This document shows positions 51,801-64,000 of a DNA stretch of 64,000 nucleotides, in pieces. How positions within the stretch are numbered: the first letter of the stretch is position 1; each line of letters starts with the position of its first letter. The translations under genes were made by a program, and so were the position numbers. This DNA comes from Tubiluchus corallicola (Eukaryota > Animalia > Priapulida): positions 62,001-126,000 of the forward strand of contig JAQGDQ010000566.1 in the NCBI GenBank assembly GCA_030141605.1, written 5' to 3'. The notes below the pieces were generated by a model, which made no database searches, was not told the origin of the DNA, and saw only the letters and a list, made by a program, of their open reading frames with translations.

Positions 51801-54800
51801 TGTCACTATTATGTCTATTGAATTGTTATATTATTAATACCAGAAAAATATTGCAATATTGCAACACTAATCGTGCTGTTTATTCTTTCTGGCAGCTTGC
51901 AGCCCTGGGAGGGTTCATTCTTACCTTGGGTTTTCTCGCATTTAATGGAGGGTCACAAGGCAGTATGTCTCAGAGCGAAGACGGTGGAACAGTAGCCCTA
52001 GCAATGGTAAGTAGAGGTATAATAATTCGCTAAATGTTGCTAACTTATTGTTGTGGTTCTGCACGCATGTTTCTCCGTAGTTTAGCTTCTTTTAAATTAA
52101 ATAATTACATTCTGTTCAAACATTACTTTCTGCTGTGAAAGTTAGTGTGTAATATGCAACAGATTTGAAGAAATACCAGTAAACATCTTCCCTCGCCCAC
52201 TAATATGGCAGTGTTGACTGACAATTCTGCAGCCGACTCCTAATCTCAGATCTGAAAATTCAAGCAAAAAGTTGAAAAATGATTTTTGTTGTAAGTTATG
52301 ATTTAAGAAAATCCTAATAGAGAGCGGTGTGCAGACGGAAGTATTTTCGTCTAAACATAAATTCAAAATGTGCCACCTAAGTCATCGACATAAGATCTAC
52401 TACTGCAATAGATATTCCTTACTTCTTGGAAAATTCCGTATTTGCACATATTAAATCGTTCCTTTAAACTGGTTATTTAATCATAACTAGACAGTCTTAA
52501 TAATATAACGAATAAGTCAGTTTGGGCATTTTGATTTTCCATTTTGCATTATAACCTTCGCAGAGATGTTCTCCACCTTCAATCAATCAGTAAATCTTGC
52601 ACATATGCATTTTCTCATTTTACCTCATTTTACTAATTTTGTATAATTGTCTCTTAACTTCCACCTCATCGTGTCGCCAACTGTCGTCATTACTCCTCAC
52701 TAGTTTTCCACGTCATTTCCTTTTCATTTTTTCTTTTATTTTTAAAACATGTCATTTAAATCGAAATTTCGCAATCAGTGCATTTTTCAAGCTTGACTAC
52801 CTTAATGCCCTGCAACACAAATCATTTAGGTATTTATTTAAATAGCTCAAATTTCACTTCTGATTAAGAACTTTACTTATTATTGAATTATAATGGGCAT
52901 TGAAATGATTGTTTCGTAATTTGTATTTTTCTAATGTCAGTATTACACTTAATTATGTTGATGTGAAATAAACAATCTTGAAAAATCATGAATCAATCTT
53001 GAAAACAGGTCAACACAATCATTGCTGGTAGCTTTGCAGCATTCTCTGGCTTGTTGGTCAACAAAATTGGATTCCTTGGTACAATGAAATGGAGTCTGTT
53101 AACAACAATAAACTGTGCCCTTACTGGAATGGTGAGTTCGTTGCATTAAATTTAATTTATTAATGTGATTAATGCCAACTAATTTATCTGTCCAGAAACT
53201 GAAATGTAACGCCCAGACTGCATCACCCATTAAAGTGACTAGGCTGAAACTTATTTCCTCTTGTATGAATCAAATTGTCTCTTAATACTAAAACGACAAC
53301 CTATAAATTATATGTTATCCATATATATATATATATATATATATATATGGATAACATATATAACACATATATATATATATCTATTTATACATACTTATAC
53401 AAAGATATATGATATGTATATATCTTTGATAAGTTGGATTTTGATTTTGTTATTCAGTATTAGAATGTTTTCTTTTTTCGAATTGCAAAAGTGTGTATAA
53501 CCTTTATTAAAACTTCATTGCTGGTAATTATTTTATTACACGTGTTTTTGTCAGAATACCAAGTGAAGACGATCCAGTGTAAATAATTTATTGGATACGT
53601 TTTATTATTTTTTCTTTGCATGTTGCATTTTTCAAGCGTACCATTTGTGCTATCAATTTACTGTACGCATTTATGGCTAGAATGAAGTTTGCGCAGTATA
53701 AAATACAAAGCACGAGATTCATCGTCATCCAGTCATTATTATTTTTTTAAATTGTCTTTAGAATAGAATAGATAATTTATTTATTTCTTGGATACATAAA
53801 AAACAAGATACATACATGTTTTTTTCCATTATGGTTCAAGTTTTAATAAAAGTTAAATCACAAAATAAAGTACACAGAGAATGTTAAAAATACAACAGCT
53901 TACTATTACGTTATGTAAAAATTAAATAATAATAAAAACTTAAATGTACTGTAAATCAAACACAAAAGATCATCGATGGTTATATATAAAAATATGCATA
54001 AGATCAAATTTGTACAATTAGACTAAAAACCTAAAAAAAGTAAAAATAAACTAAGATCTATAATGGTTATTTAAAAACACTATAGATAAAAATCAAATCT
54101 ATAGTATCCTGAAACGCAGTTATAATCCTAAGAAATCTGTACTCTATCTAAAATTTATAATTCTTATTTAAATTAACAGCACTATATATTCGACTAATAT
54201 AAAGCGTTTGCGTTTGTAGCAAAGCAGTTCTAAGCTGTACTTCTGATGACTAAAACCTAAGATTAGCATTGACATTATTGCACGATAGTGCTTCCGAATA
54301 TTGTAATATTGCCTTTCCTTAGTCTATTCTTGAATTTGATGGTAAAAGTTGGCCTTCTCCCGTTTGTCTCGTGTTATGTTGTATAATTTTCCTATTTATT
54401 TAGCTTAAATAACGTTTGCTATGATGCCTAGGTGTCAATATGTGCTGGTTGCAATGTTTACTACCCATGGGCAGCTTCTGTGATTGGCATGATTGGTGGT
54501 TTCACATTCATTCTCTGGGCTTATATAGTAGGCAAAGTCCTGCTCATCGATGATCCACTTGATGCAACAGCAGGTAAAATAGATGCTTAATCATTTACAA
54601 CTAAAACGATGCTATGTAGACCACGTCTTCCTGATCTATGATTTCTAAATGAGGTGTAAACCATTTCGTGATCATATCTTTACCTTGATCATTTCCGGAT
54701 AAGGAAGTGTTTGTCCACCTTAAGGAGCTCGTCTAGGCACAATCACGAGGCTGTTTAGAGTTACTTATATCAGTTTTTTGACATTAGCTGTTCTCTTTTC

Positions 54801-57360
54801 ATGAAGCGGCCAATTCAAGGATATATGGAAAATTATAACTAAAAGCAAGAAACAAACAAATTTTAAAAACTAGTCCAATCAGAGTAGAGAGCTCCTGTTT
54901 CTGTTACAGTTCACGCTGGAGGAGGTGTGTGGGGCATTTTGGCTGCTCCAATCTTTGCTCGGGATACTGGGATCATATACACTGGAAGTCGAATAGCTTT
55001 TCTGGTAGGTTACCATGATGACCAACACCATAGTATTAATAATTAAGGCACATTAGGACGGTAACAGTTTTAGCTGCACTGAATATTTCAATCGTATGAA
55101 ACTACCCGTTACCGTATATAATTGTTTATTGAAAACGACATTTGGAGATTATTCCCGCAAAATACTTGAAAATTAAATTAGTTTACATACTAACAATGTA
55201 TTAAGCAATGTAACTAATGCTTAAAATCAATGCTTAGATTTGCAAATGATGGGAAATTATCGAGAGAGGTCCTAAAAGGAATGATAACATTTTAATGACG
55301 TAAACTTTAATGCAATTGTAAGTGCGAGCATAAAATCCAGTTAAGTATGAGGTGCGGCAACAGTGTGTAGCGGCAAAGCACCATTGAATTATAATCACAG
55401 AGTTAAACCTAATGCATGTAATAAAATACTATGGCAAGCTCATATAAAAACTACTGACGATACAACAGTAGCAAAACAGTCACTTTATGAAAATGATTCT
55501 TTATGTTAATGGTCCGTGAATGCTGAAAGAATCCAATCTTCAATCAGTCAAGAAGTAAGAAACATCAACCTTTAATGTATAATGATGTTGGTTACACTGA
55601 CTGTTTGTTCAATGAACAGCCATACAAAAATTTTGCTTTAGTTATCTTGAAGACAATCTTTTAATTCTAAATATGTGTGCATATTTTACATTCTAGCAAT
55701 TTGCTTGGAATTTGGCTGGCGCTTTGGCTATTGCCTTGTGGAGTGCTGTCATGGCCGTTCTTATATTTGGGGGACTGAAGATGGTGAATGTTCTACGCGT
55801 CGACCATATAACTGAAGAACGTGGTCTAGACATTCCAAAACACGGAGAGCAGGCGTATCCTGTAGAGGCCTATGGGCACGGCTGGGGAGAAAAGGGAGAT
55901 GCACTAAAAAAGATGGTCATGAAAACAATGCAGAGTGGAGGTGGTGGTGTCCTTATGGCTGGTAGTGGAGGTATGTTTTTTAAGAATGCTGTTTTAAAAT
56001 AAAAATAGTGAACTAAATTTAGCCAAATAGCATTAATAGCTTTAACAGCAATCCAACAACAGCTACAATAACAATGGCTACAACAATAACCAAAACACCT
56101 TAACAGCAACAACAACAGCAGGAACAGCAACAGCGAGAGCAATAGCAACAGAACAGCAACAGCAGGAGGAGGAAAACAACAACAACATGAGCAATAGCAC
56201 CTTCAGCTGCAGTCATAGCAAAACAACTACAATAACAACAACAACAAACAACAATAAGGCACAGGCATAGTAGGAGGCAAAGTTACAAGCACAAGCTACG
56301 GCGGCTGGTAGCTAATATTAGTGGGAGTGCTCCTTCGGAAAATTTTCAGCCATTGTTTTCATATTGAGTAAAATGAAGCAAACATATAAAAAGAAAATTT
56401 ATACATAAACTTGACAAAATCCTAAACAAAACACTTGCACGACATGATCGTCACTGCGTGAGCGACAGTGCTTTCTCTACCTAGCAAGCAGCTTCTTATC
56501 TCGGACACGTGTACGTGTACATGGCCGCGTGCGCACGACAACCAAGCGTGTCCACCCCAATACTATACACAAGCCGCCACCGAGCACAAGCTAGGCAAGT
56601 ATGGCAAGTCCACCCCAAAACTATACACGAGCCGCCACTGAGCGCAAGCTAGGCAAGTATGGCAAGTCCACCCCAATACTATACACGAGCCACCACCGAG
56701 CGCAAGCTAGGCAAGTATGGCAAGTCCACCCCAATACTATACACGAGCCGCCACTGAGCGCAAGCTAGGCAAGTATGGCAAGTCCACCCCAATACTATAC
56801 ACGAGCCGCCACCGAGCGCAAGCTAGGCAAGTATGGCAAGTCCACCCCAATACTATACACGAGCCGCCACCGAGCGCAAGCTAGGCAAGTATGGCAAGTC
56901 CACCCCAATACTATACACAAGCCCCCACCGAGCGCAAGTTAGGCAAGTCCACACCAATACTATACACATAATACACACAAAAAAACCTATAAACACCGCC
57001 AACAATAATGCCAACAACACCTATTGCAGTGACCGTAACAATAATAACAACAATAACTAAAAATATTTTGTGGTTTTTGTATTGATTTCTTTTAACCCTT
57101 GTTCTTATTATGAATGTGCATTTTGATCTGTGCTATTTAGTGAACAGTAAATATGCCTAAAGTGTTTGTTTGATTTGTTAGGTGATTTAGCCAGAAGAGT
57201 GAGTCATGTGAGCACAACATCTCTTGAAAAGATAAACAACCGATTCGAAACACCTGAACTTCAACATCGGAAAATGGCTATCCAGCAGAATTTAGGGGAC
57301 CGTTCTAGATCTTTGAATGCAAGCTTAGAATGTGTAAGCACTCTTCCGTTTGGAGAATGA
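41667..57360 (+). CDS. amt: Ammonium transporter (Amt/Mep family, metazoan Amt type), complete, 11 coding exons, 547 aa
   Basis: Exons 41667-41844, 46568-46657, 48045-48272, 48600-48688, 49645-49779, 51896-52006, 53009-53131, 54432-54573, 54910-55004, 55697-55970, 57182-57360. Total 1644 nt, all GT-AG, in frame. Motifs: [60 protein letters not shown]...[36 protein letters not shown]. Confidence 0.97.
43602..43800. repeat. Tandem duplication of about 100 bp
   Basis: TGATACAGTGCTGTTTCACAAG(A/G)TGGCGCGAATATTTT...ATAAGTTTATATG occurs twice (43602-43702 and 43707-43800). Confidence 0.9.
44583..44789. mobile_element. Young 207-bp MITE-like element with perfect 64-bp terminal inverted repeats and a 5-bp flanking duplication
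   Basis: 44583-44646 is the exact reverse complement of 44726-44789. ATCAC flanks both sides (44578-44582 and 44790-44794). Confidence 0.85.
45652..46000. mobile_element. Foldback MITE with a (TA)-rich centre
   Basis: ATTTATCAAATTACCAAAAACAGGCGATTGTTTG...TATACCCTATTGCATGACC pairs with GGTCATGCAATAGGGTATA...CAAACAATCGCATGTTTTTGGTAAATTGATAAAT. Confidence 0.8.
46826..47120. repeat. (GAT/GAC)n compound microsatellite with an internal duplicated unique segment
   Basis: GATGATTATGTCTCTAGCTAATGAC(A/G)GTGATTACAGCAAAGATAATGGTGAT occurs twice, each time followed by (GAT)n/(GAC)n. Confidence 0.9.
47300..47648 (+). mobile_element. Probable 3' remnant of a CR1/L2-group LINE
   Basis: Ends in GAAATAAA followed by a short tandem tail TGACTTATGACTTATGAC, preceded by a ACAAGCCCTGCTTTTT-type 3' UTR motif. 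Too decayed for a clear ORF. Confidence 0.35.
48733..48845. repeat. (GTT/GCT)n microsatellite in Amt intron 4
   Basis: Directly visible; source of the spurious poly-C, poly-V and poly-Q ORFs. Confidence 0.95.
49903..50040. repeat. Tandem duplication of about 75 bp
   Basis: TATAAGTAAAACTTTTACTA(T/C)TACTAATTTAATATAAGATAAGAAA...TTTATTCAGG occurs twice. Confidence 0.85.
56552..56965. repeat. Minisatellite, 58-bp unit, about 7 copies, in the last Amt intron
   Basis: Unit CCACCCCAATACTATACACGAGCCGCCACCGAGCGCAAGCTAGGCAAGTATGGCAAGT repeated head-to-tail. Confidence 0.97.
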
Positions 57361-58250
57361 AGACATTCATCAACAATTATTAGTGTTCATCAAAACTGCG
57401 AAACTTCGTATGTGATAAAAAATGTGTTACCTTTTTGGTTGTTAAATTCCTTAAAGCGCAAAAAAACCCTCCACTTGCATAAAATTTAAAAAATTCGCTT
57501 TGAAATTTTATACCACTTACGTACTGCCTTTTTGCATGCAGGGCTTGCGTCGGCATCAATACTGTAATAACTCGTAAATTTAAACTCCCGCGATGACCGT
57601 TAAGCGCAGCCATTTTAATGGTAGGTCGTTTATTACGAGTCTAGATAACATTGCGTGAAGTTTGAAAAATAATCAGAGCATTCGTAGCATGCATGTTGCT
57701 ACCTAAATAAAATTTTAAATTACTGTATCTCCTCAATAGGATCAAAAATACATTTTTGGTTAGTGCATGGTGTAGCCTAGAGGGTGAGTCAGCGACATTT
57801 TACCAATTATTGAAAACATTTTAAATAATTAAAAATTTTCTTTTGTAATTACCTAAGTCTAATTACCAGCAGGTAAGGGAAATGCTATGTAATATATATT
57901 TGCATGGCAATTTTTTTTGGGACATAATTTAAAATTTCCCTTTCTTCCCCTGATTTACGTTTGTGTAAGTGACGTCATGTAATGGCGCACATTGGAACAG
58001 TATTGCGGGAGATTTAAAATGAAAACAAACAAAAATTATTTATAACGCGAGTGCTTTACGAGCGATACGAAAATGTTGTAAAGTAATGCTGTAAATCATT
58101 TCAAGGTGATTTTTCTGAAGCCCTCTTCAGGTACCTCTTTTCTTGTCTTTTAAGCCGATGGCTTAATAACATTGATGGACTCGAGTTAACAGTATTGTCC
58201 TACGTTTTAAACAATCCGTTTCAAAGTTTATTTCAGCAGTTTTTACTGAA

Positions 58251-58791
58251 AGGAAAACCGGACGATTGTGTAAACATTAGTTCAGAATAAAGACTGCTCT
58301 AAAATAATGAAAATTACAATAGCTTTTTAAATCAAAGCTTAGTTTAAATAATAATTACCTCGGATACTCAAATTTTGTTAAACTTTCAAAGCTACGCGCG
58401 GCTCAGTGAACCTACTAAGATTGGCAACGGCGCCTTTTTGTCACATTCGCGTGGCCGATAAATAGAAGGCGGTACCGTGATAACCACGATCATGAACTGC
58501 AGTGTTAGTTTCTGACATCATATGACGTAGAGCCCATTTTCGTGACATTACGCGTTTAAGCAGTAACGCTTACGCAAACATGCTTGACGTGCAGAGGAAG
58601 ATGCCTGCCATTGCACAAACTGTGGTTAGTTTCTGACGTAAGCAATAGTTGTGTTCGGTTGCCGTTAATTAACTTTCTAAGCTAATTATTCAAATATAAG
58701 AAACAATTGCTAACTTTTATAGGCAAGAAAATGTCTACTTCGGATAGTAAATTAAAGTGAGATTGAGTCTAACCAATCGTCCGGTTTTCCT
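58251..58791. mobile_element. Kolobok-like MITE
   Basis: TGAA|AGGAAAACCGGACGATTG ... CAATCGTCCGGTTTTCCT|TGAA: perfect 18-bp TIR with AGG..CCT ends and a TTAA-like 4-bp duplication. Confidence 0.7.
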
Positions 58792-61700
58792 TGAACAATT
58801 TCAGTACCCTTACGCATGTTGTTGCTACATAAGTTTTGTAACTTTCCATGTTGTGGGTCAAAGGTATCTTTCTTTATGTGTGCACAAAGAATGCTGATGA
58901 ACTACCTGAACATATAATTATTATATTCAATCTTACAATATTAAATCTCTATAAATAAGATGTCAAATATAGGACAAAACAACACATTTTTTGTTTGTTT
59001 TATTGTATTTATCGCAGTGTTTTATGAATAAGTTTTATGGTTTCATAATTATTGTGAAATAACAACAACAACACGACATACAACAACAACAACGACGACG
59101 ACAAGAGCAACAGCAGCAACAACAACAACAAGATGAGTGTGTCTAACTAAAGCTCCTTTTGTTTTGACTAAAACAGTTGTAATACATGAAAGAAAATTTT
59201 ACTAAAGCTCCTTTATTTGGGCTTAAAAACAATTATAGATAATGAAAGTAAATTTTACTTTATAGGTGTAGCCTACATATGCATTATATAAATAGTGTAG
59301 CTAGTATATAATCATTCGAGTGCTATATTTTTATGTTCTATAGTTTTGTAAAGATAAAAAACGTAGCGTGTACTACAAGCATAAATTGAAAGGTGTAAAC
59401 ACTATTTTCAACTATTAAATTAGTTATTCTGATATGTTTTCATTTTGTGGCCGTGTTTTTGTTCATATTAATTAGTTTTGTCACGCATGCGCAGTAAGCA
59501 GAGGTCAATTCAGCTTAAAGTGTAAAAGTCAAAATAATTACTTTGCATCTTTAATCGTGAGTTGATAAATGGAAAAGGTGTCAGCTGTGAATTCATTTTA
59601 GTCTCCATACCTGATAGTCTATGTTTGTGTTATTACTTTGCTTGGGAGAACAAGTTCTTTATGGACTCTGTTTTTCTTTTGCCAGGTATTTTTTTCTGCA
59701 TGAGACACAGTAAAATTTTTTGTAGATATCTACTGTAAAAATTTTCGTTTCGGAATAGGCATGCGTCTTCCAAAAACATACAAAGTTTCATTGTGATCAT
59801 TTGAATTTACTGCCAAATTTAAATTATTTTTAATCGGATAACTTTTAATGCTCAAATGTATCCCTCTGTATTAGAACTACATCATTCATCAGACAACGCA
59901 TGCAAGGTGAACTATATGGTGAAAATGCAAGCAATTATGCACCCCATAAGTTCAAAACATCTGCTGCCAGCATTGTGGTGAGATTTCCATTAAAACGGTG
60001 GAGATGATACCTGGGTTTAATAATCTTCCCGCATTATAACAGTAAATATCATGACTTTGATGAGGGTGGGTATTTAAACATTCTGCACCAGGGTTGTACT
60101 CACTATTCGTCTAGGAAGCTTTGCAGTTTCGTTGCTACAGGAAGCATTGTTGTTTGGCGTGGAACGCATGCAAGAAGAAGGTAAAATTAGATATTTTAAT
60201 ATTTTGTAGTTTTTTTAGACGTAGAGTGACGGATAATCTAATGTACTTCTTAATTAACCGCATCACAACACACCGTATTTTGGAATTACAGCCGTATTTG
60301 TGTTTAATATGGATGTTTACATTTGGGTTCTCAACTGTAGACAAATTTAAAAGCCCATTCACCTATTGATGAATTCAGTGCCGGATTAAGGCACGGGCTT
60401 TATGGGCTGCAGTCCAAGGGCCTCCCCCAGCTGAGGGCTCCAGAGTAAAGTTACTACAGAATGAGAGTAGAAGTACGTTGAATTATCTCATTAAAAACGG
60501 TTCAATTAATTAATATACTGTACAGTAATACACTGCAACTGTTTTCTTATCCACAATTCTAGCTCACTGGTACTGCCGCACTAGCAAATACCAGTAATTT
60601 GTACGCATTTGTATTTCATATTTCAAAAAGTTATTTTAATTAGGTAAATATCAGAATATCTCCTCTTTTTCTTGTGTTAGACTTGCACCCATCTATGTAG
60701 GTCTAATGTTGGCATTATCTTGTAGAAGTTGAATAAACTGATTTGAGGAATCCAACATTCATACTTTTGTATTGTCACTGGGTACCGAAGCCTCACAGAA
60801 TCTGTAGCTCAGGGGAGTACCAAATCAAAATGAGGCCCTGCATTAATTTTATATTATGTGTAATTAAGGCTTGATGAACTTAGGCTAGCAAATCGTACTA
60901 TTAAACGACCTTAAATGAACGCTAAATTACCGCTTTAATTATTATTAAATGAACGCATCTAATTACGTCAAATGATTTTATTATTTAATTCTTCGGTAAA
61001 AAGATACTTTTAACTTTTTTAACTTTGCCAATAACAAGCCGTAGCGTGTAGACATGTATAGTTACGAGTCAGTTTTTAGTTAACCTTAATGAAAAATCTA
61101 TCACTGGTTGTACATAAGCAAAATTTGTGTGTTATTTCTCGTCACATTTTCATTTTGTGCAAAATGGCGACATTGCCATTCAAACCCGACTTATGCAAAA
61201 TGATTGGATGCTCATTGTAGACCTAGTGATTATTACTTATTGATTGACATAACAGGGAAATTGATTGAGTCTTTGTAGGACCGTTTTTGATTATCTAAGC
61301 ACAGATTGACTATTATATAGATCAAAATTTGAGATAATAATATTGACGATTTATAATTTATTACAATACATTACAGTGAAGTACAATGAAAAAACTACAT
61401 AGACAGAACCCTGCACATGAGGTAGGAATATAATCGCCATATAATTCAATAATAATAATAATAATAATAATAATAGTAAAGGGTAATTATGACAACTATA
61501 ATATATTATGTTATGTTGTATTACAAAGTTTAGTGCACACACGAGTTTTAATTATTTCAATTACATTTTTCATTAAGTTTACACTGTAGAGCATAGTATT
61601 ATATTCAACATTCTGGTAAACGGCATTTAAAAAGAAGCAATGGAAATCTTACACTATTAACTAAAACAACAGGTAAACTCAATTTTGCAAATTTCGTTTC

Positions 61701-61834
61701 TTAAAACACTCAGTAATGAATTTTGACACTTAAGTTTGTCATTTCGCTTATTTTATGACACTAATTATTTCACTTCTGATTATGCATGTTTATTCTTCAG
61801 TGGTCGTAAAATCCTATACAGCTACAGTATTTGA

Positions 61835-62789
61835 CTAAGCTTCGATTAAGCTCGCTAAATAAATCAGGTCTTCATAACTGTGTTGAGGAAGAGTACACAC
61901 GTTTCTGATTGTTGATTTAGCCACGAATGGACACGTAGATGGTTCTTGTTGAAGATCGTCGCCAACGAGGTTAATCGGTGACTCACCCCAGGTGAACAAA
62001 TCTCCAGTGTTAGTGCAAGTCTTTGAAGACAGGCTTATTTCTTCGTCGGTCAACTTTCTAGACGACATCCAGATGCCGGTAACACAACCTTTAAAGCTTT
62101 CCTCTATTTCAAAGTCACCACCTGTATAGTCTTGGTCCTGCCCAAATATCAGAATACCGCCAGCAGGAATGACGCCCAAAGTCTCCTCATATGTTTCTGA
62201 CGCGTGATACTTGTCATCAGCGTCAACGACCCAGCTATTGTCTGTACTATCGTAGCGGGCACACAAGTAATGCCACTTACCGTCTCTCAAGTTTGCATTA
62301 AGTGCTACCAGATTATTGTCTTCTGGCCTATCGCCGTTCACGTACAATGCCAGTGAATTACATTTCAGAGCAAACTGGATCGTGTCGTCGTCGTTACTGA
62401 ACTCAGAGTCTGTAGCGTACGACAGTAACGTTGTTTCGACATTATATAAGGTCTCTTTGTCCGTTTTCACCCACATGCACGCCGTGAAAGTTGTCAAATT
62501 TTCATTAATGACATTGCCTAGATCTATGTAGCTGTCGTTACTGAAATCAGGAAACACTACCATACCCTCATCAACATCTCCATCGCTTGCTTCCTCGACA
62601 TCAAAACATTCTACTTCACCTTTTAAAGCATTTATATCAACTAAATTTGTCTTCTTTCTTTTGTTGTGTAGCTCTGTTGAATACTGCATCTTGCTGTATC
62701 CACTTTTCGACTTGCTGAATTTACGCAGTGGTTGGTTACCATATCCGCGCCTTGCATTGAATTGAGATTTTCCTGCACCGGCCTCTGTA
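61835..62789 (-). CDS. Pentraxin (PTX/LamG-like) domain protein, large terminal exon; upstream exon(s) not identified
   Basis: Open for about 317 codons after a polypyrimidine/AG acceptor near 62790. Motifs: VFPDFSNDSYIDL, LTTFTACMWVK, TLLSYAT, GKWHYLCARYDS, IPAGGILIFGQDQDYTGGDFEIEESFKGCVTGIWMSSRKLTDEEI..C..TGDLFTW. Confidence 0.92.
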
Positions 62790-62939
62790 CTTGCCAAAAA
62801 AAAAGAATAAAATGATTACCACGGAAAAAGCACAAAAACAGCATAAACGACAACGTGTAGTTAATGCCATCGTCTATAACAGCCAATATATTGAGATCAC
62901 AAGACGTGCTGGCATGGAGGTTTAGCTACATTCTATCTA

Positions 62940-62967
62940 CATATATATATATATATATATATATATA
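62940..62967. repeat. (TA)n microsatellite
   Basis: Directly visible. Confidence 0.9.
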
Positions 62968-64000
62968 GTGCGTTTGTACGTTTTTAGGTCAAAAAGTTAA
63001 AACAAAATGTGACCTTTTTAACTTGGGGGCAAAAGCCTTAACGTACCGTTCCTATTATTTAGTAGGTTGCTGCTGGCTTTCACACTTGTGACATTTTCAA
63101 ACTAGCACGTTGCTACACAAGTGGATGAGAATGTCATTTGTCAATTGTGTCATGTAAAAATGTAAAAATTATGGCAAACAAATTATGGCTTTGTCACTCA
63201 GCTTCTCTTACAATATTGGACTAGGAGTCACTGTTAATGCATGTATGGGCAACCGGGCAAAAGCAGATGTGTAATAAGTATTTTTCGAAAAGTGGGCTTG
63301 GCCAGATCACATGACATAAGCGAAAGTGTTAAAATGGGGTCTAATCAATAACCCCATAAGTGCAAGAGCTAGAATCACGAAACTTGCAAAGTGGGCACCT
63401 AACATAGGTTGCATGGAACGGTATAGGAATGGGGACCTCTGGGTCAAAGAATACAGCAGTAAGACTCAAAATGTGAAAATAAGAGTGAGCGAATTTGTCA
63501 CTCAACACTGCTTGCAGTATTTAACTAGAAACCTATGTTATAGCGCCTATGAGTAAGCAGTCGAGTACAGGCGTGTAATTAGATTTTTTTGAAAAGTGTG
63601 CATGGCCAGGTTACGTAACATAGGCGAAAGTGTTAAAACGGGTTACAATGAAATGCATTTCCTATGTAATCAATATGGAGAATTCAAGCATAGCAAAATT
63701 ATGATCTTGAGACAAAGTCAGGAAAGATTTTTCACAGTCAGCACTTGCAGTTTTTGTCTTAAGTTTATGGACTTTGTCATAAACACGGTCTAGTTGTTTC
63801 GCCTTCGCTGTACTGATTCTGACTGTTTACCTCATAGAGGGCGCTGCATGAACACCCGACATGCCAGGCACCTCTACTAGTTCAATATCTTATCTTAGAG
63901 CCTGCAGGGGCATCGCCCTGATAACGACCCAGATTTCGTTTGACAACCCAGAGTTGACATCTCTACTCCAGTATATTGGATGACGCATTAAAATGTACAA

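Noticed and set aside
63830-64000. Upstream coding exon of the pentraxin gene (minus-strand GAG|GTAAAC donor near 63830)
   Set aside because: All three minus-strand frames contain stops around 63880-63900 and no signal-peptide-like sequence is visible.

Overview
AT-rich, intron-rich eukaryotic (animal) genomic DNA. A marine invertebrate such as an ascidian is plausible, but that is only a guess. Three protein-coding genes can be assembled by hand. (1) A 5'-truncated + strand gene with 24 exons in the window (1316-34257, about 1,500 codons, phases consistent throughout). It encodes an unusual RNA-regulator architecture: extended Tudor domain with a degenerate cage, disordered linker, PAIP1-like MIF4G, SAM-like domain, PAM2-like motif and a C-terminal CCHC zinc knuckle. 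It appears to use GC-AG introns. (2) A complete 11-exon ammonium transporter (Amt/Mep family, 547 aa, 41667-57360, +). (3) The last large exon of a pentraxin-domain gene on the - strand (61835-62789). Introns and intergenic DNA are full of MITEs, a Helitron-like nested insertion, an RTE LINE 3' end, tRNA-derived SINE remnants, two minisatellites and many microsatellites. Most short ORFs in the supplied track are spurious or are exon read-throughs. All family calls come from motifs recognised by eye; no searches were run.
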